Of a stretch of 64,000 nt of DNA, positions 26,661-40,207 are shown piece after piece (positions within the stretch are counted from its first letter, which is position 1; each line of letters opens with the position of its first letter). The translations under genes were made by a program, and so were the position numbers. The notes below the pieces were generated by a model, which saw only the letters and a list, made by a program, of their open reading frames with translations, had not been told where the DNA came from and did not search any database. The stretch is taken from positions 10,303,175 through 10,367,174 of the forward strand of contig MU056000.1 of the NCBI GenBank assembly GCA_013239625.1. The letters run 5' to 3'. The DNA comes from Lama guanicoe (Eukaryota).

Positions 26661-28147
26661 GTAAGTTCATACCACCTGATACCTGTGATTCCTGTCCTAC
26701 AGCACAGCGTTCATTCTGGCCCTCCTCTGCCTTGCCTTACTTGTAACCTTTTTCTCTGACAGTGAGACACCTGCATCTTGTTATCCAAAATATATTTGCT
26801 TATTTGTTCAACCCTAGTCTAGAACCCATTTTTCCCCTCTTTGGAAATTAAGTATTCTCTTTCCCTAAAATGACTTGGCTTTGAGAGTCTCAAGTCTGCC
26901 TTTTCTCGTTGCCAACCCATGACACAAATTTAGGACTCTTTTTGTCTTTGGTTTCACAGTATACAATCAAAATGCCGTTTCTCAGAGTCACTTAGTGAAT
27001 GTTCTTCTTCCCCACCCTCTTCAGTGTGGTTATGTTTTCCCTGGTGCCTCAGCGAGGTTCATTTACTACTGGGTTTACCTTGCGTTTGAGCCCCCCCCCC
27101 ATCCTAGTTGATCTTAATTACTTATTTTGGGCTCTGTGAAACGTAACTGTGGTTAAAAGAGTCAACACGCAATTTCCGTACAACAGATACATCTCATTTT
27201 CTCTTCCCAGCACCCCTTGCTGTTTGGTCCTCACAGACAAACCTTGGGTAATGTCTTTAAACACTGTCTTTGGCAGTGTGTCTTCTGTTTTCTTTGTGAT
27301 CCTTTTAATTATATGGTCAGCCATCAAATGAAAGTATCAGAAATAACCCCAAAAAACAAAGTTTCTTGTTTTCCTTCACAAACTCCACTTTTTAGGTGTA
27401 TCTCCTGTTTTGCCAAATGCCTAAAATGTTTGTCTTTGGCCCACCGCGTTTAGTCAGTTTCCATGTCTGTCTGCTTTCCTTGCGGAAGCTCACCTGCATC
27501 AGTCCTAACTGGGCTCACTGTCCTCTTCCTCTCCGGGGTCCCACGTGGTTTCCTGACCACCTTCCCAACTTTACGGTGTTCTCACACTGCAGACGCCCCT
27601 GCCCCCCATCCTGGAGCTTCCTACTTGCTTCCTGACTGCTCATGGCGCATGACCACCTCTTTTACAACCTCTCGAGTTACCTGAAGTCACAGCCTCTGTT
27701 CTCACCACCGGTCCTTCCCACTCTCTTGGCCAGGGTTCCTGCAAGCTTTTCTTCTCGGGGTCAGCTGAGGTCACCCTTGGGTCTTTCTCACCTGAACCTG
27801 GCCCAGACTCTTAGGGCAGAGACCCGGTCATACCGCCAAGGGAGAAACAAGCCTTAGATTCAAAACTTATTCCCTGGAAACATTGCTGGTTGTTCGGACT
27901 GTCTTCCTTCTCCCTTTGCCCCGCCTTCTCTCCCATCCCTTTCACTTACCGACATCAGCTCTTTGGCTGGTTCCATGATTGTCCATCCAGGGATTTGATT
28001 ATCGTTGCTTCCCGGTGGGGGCCATGTGGTGCCTTTACTTGATATAACTTATCTTTACTACTTCCCTATAAAGTGCCACATTACATAGTAAACACTCTGT
28101 AAGCTCATACTTTCATGACTAGAGGAAGGAGGGGATGAGAAAAGCCT

Positions 28148-28170
28148 CCTTCCTTCCTTCCTTCCTTCCT
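28148..28170. repeat. (CCTT)n microsatellite
   Basis: Directly visible. Confidence 0.85.
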
Positions 28171-29689
28171 GCCATGCCACATTTCTCTGACAGATGTGAA
28201 CTTCAAATTTGAAGAGGGCGGTCACTGGGAAATGTCTCCCATTTCTTAGCCAAAATTATTTTATTCATTTTTCAGCATCATTCCCTTCCTCTTAAGGCGA
28301 GAACGTGTATTACACATAAAGTGATTAATTTCCCTGACAGCTCTTTTTTTTTTCTTTCAGACTTTTAAATTAATGACCCTTGCTTGGCAGTCTGTATTTT
28401 TGGAAAGGGACAAAGTAAAATATTTAATAAAAGTTGTAGTAAATGAAACCCTAGAATGTCAGTTAACTTGATTTCCTTTAGGACAATTTTTACTGCTTTT
28501 TTTTGCCAAGAAGAGAGAAGGTTATTTATTTGGTAATAAAGTTTTCTTTTCTTGCATAAAAAAGTGCTCTGTGCAGAATTCTGCCTCTTGCTTGGTCCTG
28601 GCGTTAAGTACACCATCTGGATCTGTCCTGGGACCATTTATAAAGAAAAACAACCTTATGCTTTGCTTTTGGTCTTTTAAGAAGAATATGAGGCCTGATG
28701 TGGGCCTATAAATGCCAAATCCCGCTTTGTAGCAGTTTGTTTGGGGAGGTATCATAGTGCTGGAGACAGCTCTCTGGGAGCGCCCTGGATTTATTCCCTT
28801 CTTGTTTTTTCATAGTTGTTAATTGTCTGAAACTGAGAAAGCAACTAGAAGTCTATGCTATTTGCACATTTTTCACTTAGAGAATTTTTTAAATTTATTT
28901 TGCAGTAAGTGGGGGAAGGGAGAACCCAAGTTTAACTTTTTTTTTTAACAAAGGAACTAAAAAAACAACATTTTTCTTAGCAAAGCAATAAAGCAACACA
29001 AATAAAATTGTTTATACTATTAGGTTAGATAAAGGAGAAATGAGAATTACTAATAAAAAGAACTCAAGAAGATAGTGCATGATTTTGTTCGGGTAAGTGT
29101 AGGCTTCAACAAATAGCACCCCCTTAGGTAACTTAGGGCTGTGTTACCATTTTAGATACGTACAGAATATTCCAGGTGACTGCCTCAAAGCAGGAGCTAG
29201 CCATCAAAGTCGAGTTTAGAGAGCACTGTGTATGTTTCTCGAATTAATTAGAAACAGAGGGAGGGAGTGTGTCCACTTACCATAGAACTTGAAACGTCAG
29301 ACTTCGTGACTGTTAAACAATGGATGTTCCCCTAAGAAGCCATTGTGCTGTGTGAGACAAGGGAGAGAACACGTGGAAACTTGCAAGGAAAGAGTAAGAA
29401 TTTGTGTAGGCTTAAGAAAATGCCCGATTTCTGAAGAGGACAGAAATAAGCTTTTCAGAGGCTTTACTAAGAATGTCCTTACAAATCACAAGTGTGGATA
29501 TTTATTTTCACTTGTATGGCTGCTTCTTGTAAGGAAGAACGAAGATATGTTTTTAATAAGCGAGGAGGGGCATTGTAGCTCAGTGATGTAACCAGCTGGC
29601 TGGAGACCGAATTACGTTCCTTTTTGTTATCAAGTCACATCAGGAGGCACTGCTTGCTGTATGTCTCCGAGAAGACCTCCGTCCAAGTG

Positions 29690-30072
29690 CGCACAAAGCC
29701 CAAGTCAGAGAGCCTGGCGAGGGGAGGGCGCCCACCACTTGACGTCTCACTGAGTCAGGAAATCACAGCCCCGGCTGGAGGAGGAGAGGAGAAACATCTG
29801 GCTCCCAGCGCGCCCTCAGAATTTCCTTGAGCTCCAATTAGAGTCACTGTGGTAGAAAGTAATCCACGGCGTCTGATCTTCCCACACGTGCAGCCCACTG
29901 GAAGGCAGTGCTCGCAGCCGGGAGAGGGAGCGGCCACGCTTCCCCCCAGCCTGCCTCTGAGCACTCGGGGCTCCGGCTCCGGCTTTGCTGAGGACGGGGT
30001 CCCTCTGGCTGCCGCAGGCGGAGGGAGGCTTGGGATTCGGAGCCTTTGGCCTCAAGTTGGCTCGGCCGCACC
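29690..30072 (+). promoter_or_regulatory. Putative internal TRIO promoter / 5' UTR
   Basis: Local CpG/GC enrichment; GC-box-like GGGGAGGGCG (29721-29730), CRE-like TGACGTCT (29740-29747), AP-1 TGAGTCA (29751-29757), CCAAT (29834-29838), E-box CACGTG (29885-29890). Confidence 0.6.
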
Positions 30073-30187
30073 ATGCCAAACGGAATTAAACCCCCCGATC
30101 CCCTGGACTCGCTGTCGCCCGTCGTCGGCTCAGCCTACCGTAGCGGCGGGCAGCCCGGCACCTGCAAGTACTGGATCCTCGACCTAG
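30073..30187 (+). CDS. TRIO: Putative alternative first coding exon of a short TRIO isoform (MPNGIKPPDPLDSLSPVVGSAYRSGGQPGTCKYWILDL)
   Basis: Good Kozak context gccgcaccATGc; CpG-rich; 38 codons + 1 nt ending at CTAG|gtacac, so phase 1 matches the 47529 acceptor; GC-rich promoter-like region upstream. Confidence 0.7.
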
Positions 30188-33100
30188 GTACACACACCCC
30201 AGCCCTAGCTCCCACCAGCCTGCTCTCCCGGGCCTGTTTCCTTCCAGGTGGCCGCAGGGTGCTTGTCGTGGGCTTGGAAACAGACATGTCTTGTGCTTTT
30301 ACTGCTGAAACGTATTGTCTGCTGACCATTTTGTCAGAGGGGCTGCTGGGGGAGGTTTTGTGGGGGCCCTCTCGGAAAGGCCTGAGAAATGGGGCGCTGG
30401 GCTCTGTACGGTGATGTGTTGATTGATTGCTTGGTTGTAAGGTGTTCTTAGTATCTGGGATTGCTTTTGATGACCCCGTTTTTCCTGTAAGTGCCATGTA
30501 AACAGTCTAAAGTCATCTGTGCTAGAAATTGCCTTCTTATGGTCTCATGTCTGTCATTTTCAGGTTTAATCTTGTTTAGGGTTTTTCAGACTGTTCGGGT
30601 GTCCTGCATGTATATTTAGTTTCTCTGGTTCCTTCTCTTGAGAACTGCAGCCATGTAATAAGATAACGTGAAGTTACATGCAGGGAAGGGTCTCCCAGTA
30701 ACCACCAGTCTGTTTCAGGGGAGTGTGTGTCCCGGCTCTGGTTTATACACAGAACTAGAGTCAAAACAAGAAAACACGATTCCTGCAAAGGTCATCTGAG
30801 AAGCAGAATTCCACTTTGAGGAAAAGGCAATAGGATAGAGGAGAGTGAAGCTAGGGAAGGAATTAGGTGTGTGGGTCCCACAGACCCCTGCCCTGCAACG
30901 CCCCAGAGGAGGCTAGCTTTCCAGCTGTAACCTTTGACATCTGTCCAGACTGTACAGCCACTGAGATGAGTTTCTCCCAGGCTGTCTTCTGCCTTCCAGA
31001 CGGGATGGCTTCTACCAGAACTTTGGTCCTGAGCTAGTGTGCTTTTAATGTTTGCCGTCACTCTCTCGTCTGCATGTGCACTTAGAAGTGGACAGCAAGC
31101 GGGAGGGAGTCCAGGGGATCTGGCCAGACCTTCAGGGCACTCTCTGTGTATTGTGAGCTCAGTGGACATGGGGGAGGTGGAGGGACCCACCAAAGGAGAG
31201 GGGATCTGAGGAAGGAGGAGGCAGAGGTTTGCTGTCAGCATCTGAAGGGGCCGGGGTACTGTTACGTGTGTGTGCGTGAAGTACCAGAGGGAAACAACAG
31301 GATTATCTTCGAATAATGTGCCCTGAAGGAGGTGTCAGCTGTGTGAAAATTGAATTTGTTGGTGTCAGGGTGGTTTTTGATCATACTCCTCATATTTTTT
31401 TTATCACAAAGCTATCAGAGCATTTGTAAGTCTCTGACCGTGACTTTTATCATATTTATGTTAATTAAATTGTTCAAGAATGGCCTCCCTTTCTGGAGGG
31501 GTCTAAGTTGGGCAGGTCCGCTAGTGATGCTATGTGCTAGGAATTCCACACTGGGTGGGGGGGCGGAAGCAGATGATCTGTAAGAGCTCTTTACACAAAA
31601 CAATAACTTCTGTGCAGTGAAAAGAGCAATTGATAATGTCAAAAATCTGACTTAAAATCTCAGCCACCCAGTAGCTCTGGGTCCCAAGTAAATCGCCTTC
31701 TCTCTCTGAACTTCAGTTCTTTGTGTGCAGAATGGGAATAACAGTAGAGCACCCCCTCAGCATATCATGAACATCCCCAAGGTTTAGACGGAAATATTTT
31801 AATGAGCAATTTTGCTGAGAAGTCATGGGTTTTAGAAAGAGATGGCTTTCTTCTTATAGAGGGAATTTTGAATCTCAGCAGTATTTTAGGTCCTTAGGAA
31901 TTCCTCTAAAGGGACATTATTAAACTGACTTTTTAAATACAGGAAGTTCTTTATTATAATTTTTGGTTTCCCCTAGATACATTTTTATTCTAGTAACTCT
32001 CAGACTATAATGGAAACTCCAGGTGTTGTTATTCAAGCTGTCACTCAAAATTTGTAAACTAACGCAAATTTGGAAAGAAATAGATGTCCAGTGCAATTTT
32101 CATGGGAAAAAAAATCTGATCTCCTCACAGTAAAACTCCACTTAGATCTTTTTTTCTGAGGAAACATGACATCCATCTCTTTTCAAACTTTCATAGTAAT
32201 TCCCAGACAATTTCCTGAATGCCACATTATATCAAAGTGCTATTTTAATAATGCATTCTAGTTCCAATTACTCAGTTGATTATGGGCACATTTATATGCA
32301 TCAGATTGGAAAAGGAAAAGTTGATTCTGAGTAATATCCAACAAATGAATCCCAAAGTAACTTTAAAATACCCAGTAAATCATAGACAGTGATTGCAAAG
32401 CCTGTCTTCATACCCACACACACTCTGGGGGTTCATTTGTTGGATCACCTTGGGAAAAGGCTGTTTTTCTGCTTTCTGGCGTATCCAGCGGGGCATTCTC
32501 CTTGTCCAGATGTGAATCAGTCCTGTTGGAATAATCTGCAGGAGAGCCGTTTTATTTGCAGATGTCGCCATTTGCAATAACTCACACAGCCATAAGCCCC
32601 AAGAGTTTACTGCTGAGCAGTTGTAGGGGAAAGAACCCAAGAAACGGTAAGGTCAAGAAGGACTATAAATTATCTTTTCAGAGGGTTGCAATGGGAGGGC
32701 CCATTTATACTGATAAGAGAGTGGGACCGTTGAGTTGGTTCTTATCCTGAAATAAGCAGACCCTTTTATTGGACACATGGAATCTATTCCAGTGCTGTAC
32801 ATATTCCCCTGACTAAGGAAAAACATAAAGCAGTGATCCGCCTTAACACTGAACAGATCCAGAGTGAACTGTGCCTTAACATCCTTCTCGAACTCTCTCC
32901 ACGTCTTCTTTGTTCTTTTTTTGATGAGGAGTGTGGATTCTCACCAGTGCAGTTTTTGTTTTTATAAATTAAAGGAAAACACTTGACAGACTAAATGCAG
33001 GAATGTGAGCCTGTTCTAAAAGTATGCAAAGAGGTTAACAGCGGGGCCCAGGTCACGTCAAGGCTGCCCGTGCACAGGCCGTTCAGCTTCCTGTCAGTAA

Positions 33101-36100
33101 ACGAGGGACCCACCCCCCAAGAAGTACTCAGCACCGTGTTGTCTGGTTTCAGCCATGAAGACTGATGGTTTCACACAAGTTACTGTGCAAACTAAATTCT
33201 GTCTCTCATCTTTCTTGATCTCTAAGTATTTTTAAATGGATCACAGTTTAAAACATGGTGCACGTGGAGACACAATGGGCCTAGTGTGTGGCTCTGGAAG
33301 TCAGAGCACGAGTGCTCCTGCCTGGCCTCTCCGCTTCCAGGCTGAGCCAGATCCCTGTTAATCTCGCTTAACTGCAGGCACCTCACCTGCAGGAGAAAAC
33401 CAAGAAGAGTATGCTTTCCAGAAATTGCATTAAAGGTTATTTCTCTTCTTTTTAAGCAAACCGCAATTACAAAATTTTGATTCATTTTCTCACTTTTCAC
33501 TAATCAAAGATGTATTTGGCTCTCTGAGCTCATGATGACAATTTCTGAGGGAAAAAAAAGTGTTATATGTTGAATTTCTATATCTATATTTCAGCCAGAA
33601 AGTGTAAAGAAACCTCAAGTTATTTGGCCTTACTTAGGGGTGACTACAGACATTTTGAACTATTAGAACTTTTTGAAGTTAATATTAAAAATAGACCAAA
33701 AAGTTCCCTCAGAGTGCCCCAGAGGTCCCTCCAGGCCAGATGACCTTTCCTCTCTCCAGGCAGGACCAGGCTGCCCCTGCCTTAGCTGTAATCCCCCTTT
33801 GATATGTGCTCTTTCTAAGTATAACCCTTCAGCTAGGCCTCGTGGGGAACACAAATTTATGGCTTTTTATTCTGCAGAATTTCCTCCAGGTGCTCCACGT
33901 TGGCCTGGGGGTGGGAGCAAGTCCACAAAGCCAGCACAGTCTGCCTGGGGGTCAGTCCCCGGGGCCCCGAACTTCCTCTCCTGTCCCCCAGGGCCGGGGG
34001 AGCGTGGGCAGCCTCTGCAGCCCAGATGCGCCCTGTCAGTCCATGCAGCTCTCACATAGAAGTGGACAAACTCGGACAGAGTATACTCGCCCGAAGCATA
34101 GCCAGTGTTTCTCTGAAACTAGATGCTGGTTGTTTAAAAAAAGAGGCTTCACAGACAAGTGGAGCAGCAAAGGGGGAGATAATAATGCCCATAGGCAACC
34201 CCTGATAGTGTTTGGACAGGTTTTTAGTCTTTTTCTATGAAAAATGATGCCTCTTTTATTTATACTTCAATCCTGTCCATTGTCCATGTTCTCAAATGCA
34301 CCGTTGAAGAAAGTTTCTGTTGTTACATCTTGTTAACAGTAATAACAATTCATGCTGGACCCATACTGGGAAGACTGGAGTTCTTCCTCTAAGGATACAG
34401 CCACTGAGAAACATCTGAGACCAAGTACGTCGCCCTCAGGCAACCCCCTCCTTCCTCTTTTATCTCCTAAAGCTGATGGATTATTTTAAGAAGTGGCCCA
34501 GTGGCCAAAAGCACATGCGGAGTTGAGTAAGAGTCTTTAATAGCAAGAAGGGAACGTACTCATTATGACGTAGAACTGAAAATGGAAGATTTTTCCCTTT
34601 GTCTCTCTCCAGCTGAAAAGGAAGGCACACTGGGCGTCTGGGTCCTGCTCCTCCCCCGCCCCCGCGCGGAGGCTGCCCTCCTGGTCTGCGGCAACGGCAG
34701 TGCCGATCCAGCACACGGGGCACTAATTAAAGCCAAGGACAGGATTTGTGCCGTTAATTGGCGTTCATAGCAGAGGCGTTCTTTTCATTCTCTTTGTCTC
34801 TGAGCCGGCTTTGTTCCTTCCTGGAATAACTCCAGGCCTCCCTTCCTTCCTTCCTCTCGCTGCAGTTACTCAGCTGCTCAAATCACACCAATGTGGGCAC
34901 GATGCTAACAGGACACCCTATGGACAGGAGTGCGGGGGATGCTGAGAAAGCTGCCCTGGCCTCACTCCCTCATCCTGAGACACATCATAGGTGGAGATTT
35001 CACCTCCCATGTTGGATACGTGAATAACTCCAAGGACAGTTGCTCCCACCCTCTTTGTTTTTGTGTTTTGGCTTTTGTTGTGGTGGTGTTACGGTGTTAG
35101 TATGTGATATCCTGGGAAGGGAGTGGGCGTCCTCAGGAAATTACAAAACAATAATTTGAAAAATTAAAGTCAGTGCCATTCAGTTCTTGTAGGGGAGTTG
35201 GGGGTCAAGCTGTCATAACATCAGAGCTAAAGTTACGGGATGGCAGGGCTTAACCCTCTGCGCGCTTGGGAGTGGATGGTGGGTGTGAAATGCACACACA
35301 CAGTGGGGCTTTCCGCCTGGCCGTGTGGTTAACTTTTTAATCCCATTTTCAAGTGCTTAGCTTTCATTAGGGCAGCGTTTTGCTTTTGATACAGGTGTTA
35401 CTCAAATATAATTGTGAGGGGAATTCCTAACTAGTGACGGCTTTTTGGTGCTCTGATTTGAACCAAATGGCAGGGACCCTGGCATATAATGTGCTAGATG
35501 TTTGCTCTGTGGTTCAGGTGTGTAGGGGGTAAGAATCGTCCATTTCCTCGTTCTCCACAGCTGCAACTGTTTCTAAACTAATATTCTATCCCTTGAGACT
35601 GAAAGTTCAGCTGACCTGCCGGGTAGATGACGTGAAGAGTGATAGTGCTTGGCAAGCTGATTGCAGAACATTCCAAGGCCGGCTTTTGTTTCCTGATGCT
35701 CCATGTGTGTAGGGCTCTATGAATGACACTAAGAAAACCTTTACAAGTTCTCATGGTTTATAGCATGTTTTGGTTAAATACGTTCTTGTGTAATTCATGC
35801 ATTTTCTGGAATGTAGGAAAAAGACTTACATGTTGGCATTCTGAATCTGGCCTTAGTTAAAATAGTAAATGTATGTATGAATGAAGAGAAATCTGTCACC
35901 ACCTGAAATAAATCAATCACACAGTTTAAACGTGCAGAATGTTCCTTTAAACCATTTTGCAGGGGAGTGTCTGCGTGTCTCCTGCCTCACTTAGAGACAT
36001 GTTCAATTTTTTTAAATCTGCAGATTTCCTCCTGAAAAGAGTGTTTGGTTTTCTCTTTAGGAAGGTGGGCTAAGTTACTTTCTTTTTTTCAACCATATGA

Positions 36101-39100
36101 CGATACTGACCAAAAGCATCAATACCCATCATGAAGAACACAGTTCCAGATGCCAGCCTCCTTCAAATAAGGTGAGAGCGTTCACTTACCGACACTGTGT
36201 GTGTGAGACACCAGGAACGATTTTGCCCGCAGGCTGAGCATTCGTGTGTCTTAGCAGTTTTAAGACCTCTGAGCAGGACCAGATGGAAGGCACATTCTGT
36301 GAGCACCGTGTGACTGCTTCTTTCCTGCCCAGTTAACTTCGTGTTCCCTTAAAAGATGATCGTCTATTCAGGGCAATAATAAATACTGTATTGCCTTGGA
36401 AATTGCTTCCCAGATGGAAGGAAGAATCAAGAACCCACCATTTTATCACAGAGAAAACCTCATTATCCTGAAGTCAGCAGTGTACTAAATACTAAGTAAT
36501 CTAAAAAGGCATGAAATTTTTTTTTAACAATTCTTCTTGGTGTAGGTGATATCTTTGGAAAGGACAGCCATTTGACTCTTGGAGGAAACAGAGGATCTCA
36601 GTCCCTGAGAAAGCCAAACAGACAGAGGAGCCTTCAGGAATTTTTCTGGTTTCTAAGCATTGTAGGCCAACCTGAGCGAGAGCACAGGTCGCAGGATGTC
36701 GTGAATTGCCCACGTGGCAGTGCTGGGGTAGCTGGGTGGTGACACCGGTGCCCTCTCCTGCAGAGTCCCCACGGAGGCAGCCTGGTCTTGGGCCGATGTC
36801 TTGTGTTTAATCCCATAAGAAGGGACGTGAAGCCAGGTGAGATGTCAAGGGACTTTCTTTCCCCCAACCCCACCCCTGCGCCCACCCCTGCCCTCACTGG
36901 GTGTCAGGCTGGCGTCATCCGTCACTTCCGCTGCCTGGGGCTTCTGTAGAGTGGGGCCACAGCTGGCTTCAGGTGGGCGGCGGGGCCACTCCTGGCTGGA
37001 GAACTTTCCATGTGAGGGCTGGTGCTGACCCGCCTTTCACCCTTCACATTACCCCCAGCAGATGGATGGATGGCTGGATGCAAAAGGAGCCCGTCCGTCA
37101 GGAATGAGGGGCTGGGCTGGGAGGGTTAGGAAACGTCCCGTCATGTCTGTACCCTGCAAGATCTGTGTGTGTCTTTCTGGTCTCATTTTTATGTTTTTTT
37201 ATTTGTTTGTTTTTGGAAAAGCATCTTTCTTTCACCCAGCAAGGATTTCTTGAAACATCTGCTTTTGTCCTGGTGTAAAGTTAGGAATGAGCCCAAATCC
37301 CCTCCCCGTCCTCGCTGGCAAGATAACCCCTCAGAGATTGCATTTCCCTTTTATGACAGCGTAGATTTTGGGTTGCAGAAAATGCCTGTTCTTGACATCT
37401 CCCAGGAAATATATTTCAAGAGCTAGTTTACATTTTAAAAAAAGAAAGAAAAACAGAGAAAATGGCCCTGTCATTCCAAGGAGACAGGAATATGGGCTCG
37501 AAACTCTGCTCAAACAAAGCCAGTGTTTGTGTCAAGTAGAGAAGGATCCCATGAAAAGTAAGCCCCAGCTTAAAATCAGGGTTAAAAAGAAGAGAACTTT
37601 CTGACATCGTAGCGGTGTTTTCTGACAGTGTGGTTTTAACCACATGAGGATGTCTGCGCCGGGCCAGCAAGTGACACAGATGCTCCTGGTTCTCCCCGTG
37701 TCCCCCCGGGAGGGGTGTCACACAGCAGGTCACACCACAGCAGCAGGAGGGGGATCTCATCAGGCCCTCCATCTTTGCTTGGGGATCCATTTTGTCCCTT
37801 GTCACTGGGGCTGCCCTCTCCCGGCGTTCTGTTCACAAGGCGTGGCAGCCACCAAGGTCATCTTTTCCTGGAATTCAACAACAGCCTGGTTAAAAACCGT
37901 CCCCCGCCTCCCAGCTGCAGATCTGCCCGTACCCAGAGCCTTCCTGGTCCCAGAAATGAGCCAGGTCCAATTTTGTTCAGGGCATGGTAACTCAGTTCTC
38001 TAGGCTTGTATTAAATTCCTTCCATTGATCCAGACTAGCCCATGCTTTCTGTTATCCATTCTCAATAATAGCCCTTTCCTCCTCATTTCATTTCTGGGGT
38101 GGTTTCAGCTTTCCACTTTAGCAATATGTGATACCCTGTTCTTCTGATTAGCCAAGCAGAGGCTTATGTCATCTGCTTTCGTCTTTATTTCTTCACGTTT
38201 CCTTATTGGAAGTTCAAGTGGTGAAATTCAAATGGAGAAAGACCTTTAAAATCTGATGGGTTCAACTGGAAATTCTGGCAGGTTAGCATCTCTTCTCACA
38301 AGAATGAATTTGAGAAGAAAAACGATGCTTGAAGTTCTGCATTTGTTGACATAGCCACATTTTCCAAAGACTGTGTCATGTTTTAGGTGTTTCCAAAAAC
38401 CGCAGTGGGACTAAATAGCATTTAGAGATTCCCAGAGCCTGTTGCATGTGCATCTTCTGCTTGCAGGTTCTGTTAGGTTGGAGGTTACAAGCCTCGCATC
38501 TCTAGCGCCCCTCAGGTTAGGTGCTGGTGAGATGACGTTCTCTGTGCAGGACCCGACTCCCAAGACTAGTGCCCCGAACGGGGCAGCTGCTCTGTGCAGG
38601 CCCACACAGCCCGCTTTCAGCCTTCCCAAGGAAGAAGAGCCTTTGCTTCTAACTGAGTCCTAGTCGAGTGTGTTTTAATCGATATCCGTGATTACTTCGT
38701 TGTGTTCTTCCATTCACAGTTCCGGGAGGTGCCTGCCAGGGAACTCTCCCGGGTGGTTCCTGGAAGGGGGCTGCACAGGGAACAGTCAATGTGTGGGTCG
38801 TTTATGTGCATTTTCTCAGGCGGCTGAGACCATGTGTTCTTCATTACAGCGTGAGCCGTGGCCATGCTGTGCTGGACCTCTGGTTAAATCTAGGGATTAT
38901 TAAAAAAAAAAAAAAGGCTGGGGAATTTATCTCTTTCACATTTTCTGTGCTTACTTCATATATGAAAGCAAAGTTCACATTTCTGCATTGAGGACGCACT
39001 GCACCAAATTGCGATGTATGTAAAACTTGCTTTTAATACTCTTGTGCCACATTTTCAGTCATTGCCGTCCCACATCTGTGCTCAGAGCCTCTGTACATCT

Positions 39101-40207
39101 CCTAACTTTTTTAAGAGATTGTTTTTTGTGTTAACGTGCATTTGCTGTGACAGTGACAGGCTGGAGTAAAAGAACCCTGGACCACCTGAACCTGAGCATG
39201 TGCAGAGGAGCAGGTAACTCACTGAGGGTGCAGGTCTGGTCCACGCCTGTGTCTCAGCTGCTGATGCTTCTTTATTGCACTGAGACAGATGAAGACCCAC
39301 GGACTCTCAGAGACAGAAGATGAGTGAGGTGACTGGGATGAAAAATTAGGAGTCTAGCAAGAAGTTTCCAGATACTTACAAATAGAATAGAGATTTAAAT
39401 TTGGGAAAACATTATAAAAAGCCTGGCTGTAATATTGTAACGCACCAAAAGTGTAGCCATATCACAAGGCAGTCAGTTTCTTCTTCTTGGTCACCTAAAA
39501 TTACGTAAAATTCTCCAAGTAGTACCCCGGCTTCGTCTCACTCCTCATTGTCCTAAACGAATCCGCCTGGCCTGCCCAGGCGACTGCAGTCACTGTGGAA
39601 AACAAAGAGAAGCTGTGATCCCTAGAAACGCATCTGGAAGAAGAATTTAGGATGAGCTCACTTTTATGTGATTTTCAAGAGCATTTCCAATGTGTTATTG
39701 TTTTTTTATTATTATTCCAAAAAAAACTACCTTGATCCCCAAAGCAGGGAATTAAAATCTTGTTTGAAAAATATAGAGAGAGAGGATCATTTACTCAGAA
39801 CATTTTGCTCTAGACTATTTTAACCAACCCAGTCAACAATCATAAATGCATGCTTATTCTTTCTTTGCTGTGTAAGTAATTGATAGATCTGATTTCCACG
39901 TGTACATTACAGCCTTCCTGGTACAGCAGAAGGACTTCCTAAATAAAACGTGACTTGCTGCGTCAAATTCTTAAGACAGGTTTCAGAAGCAGCCGTTGGC
40001 CACGTGTACCTGATTAAACCCTGCCTGGTCTGTTCTAAAACAGTCGGATGGCATTGTTTTCTGACATTGGAATCAGCTGCCCCAAAGTGTGCTTGAATTC
40101 TCTCTAGCACATAGCAATAACTGCTAAATAAACATTCAAGTCCTTGCAGCTGGAATTGTAAATTAGGACTTTGCTTTGGGAGCGTGCAGAACTCTGGGTT
40201 CAAGATG

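Larger units (their letters stand above)
25570..27190 (-). mobile_element. Old L1 (L1MC/MD-like) 3' UTR fragments
   Basis: ggatccaatccaggacc, tttgttgttcaaattgttccagctttggcc and similar L1MC-type motifs; T-rich strand. Confidence 0.6.

Noticed and set aside
29079..29098. ATG plus strong donor CGG|gtaagt as another first exon
   Set aside because: Phase 2, incompatible with the 47529 acceptor; AT-rich context without promoter features
36098..36177. Short ORFs ending at donor-like AAG|gtgaga
   Set aside because: The open ATG frames end in phase 0 or 2; the phase-1 frame has a stop
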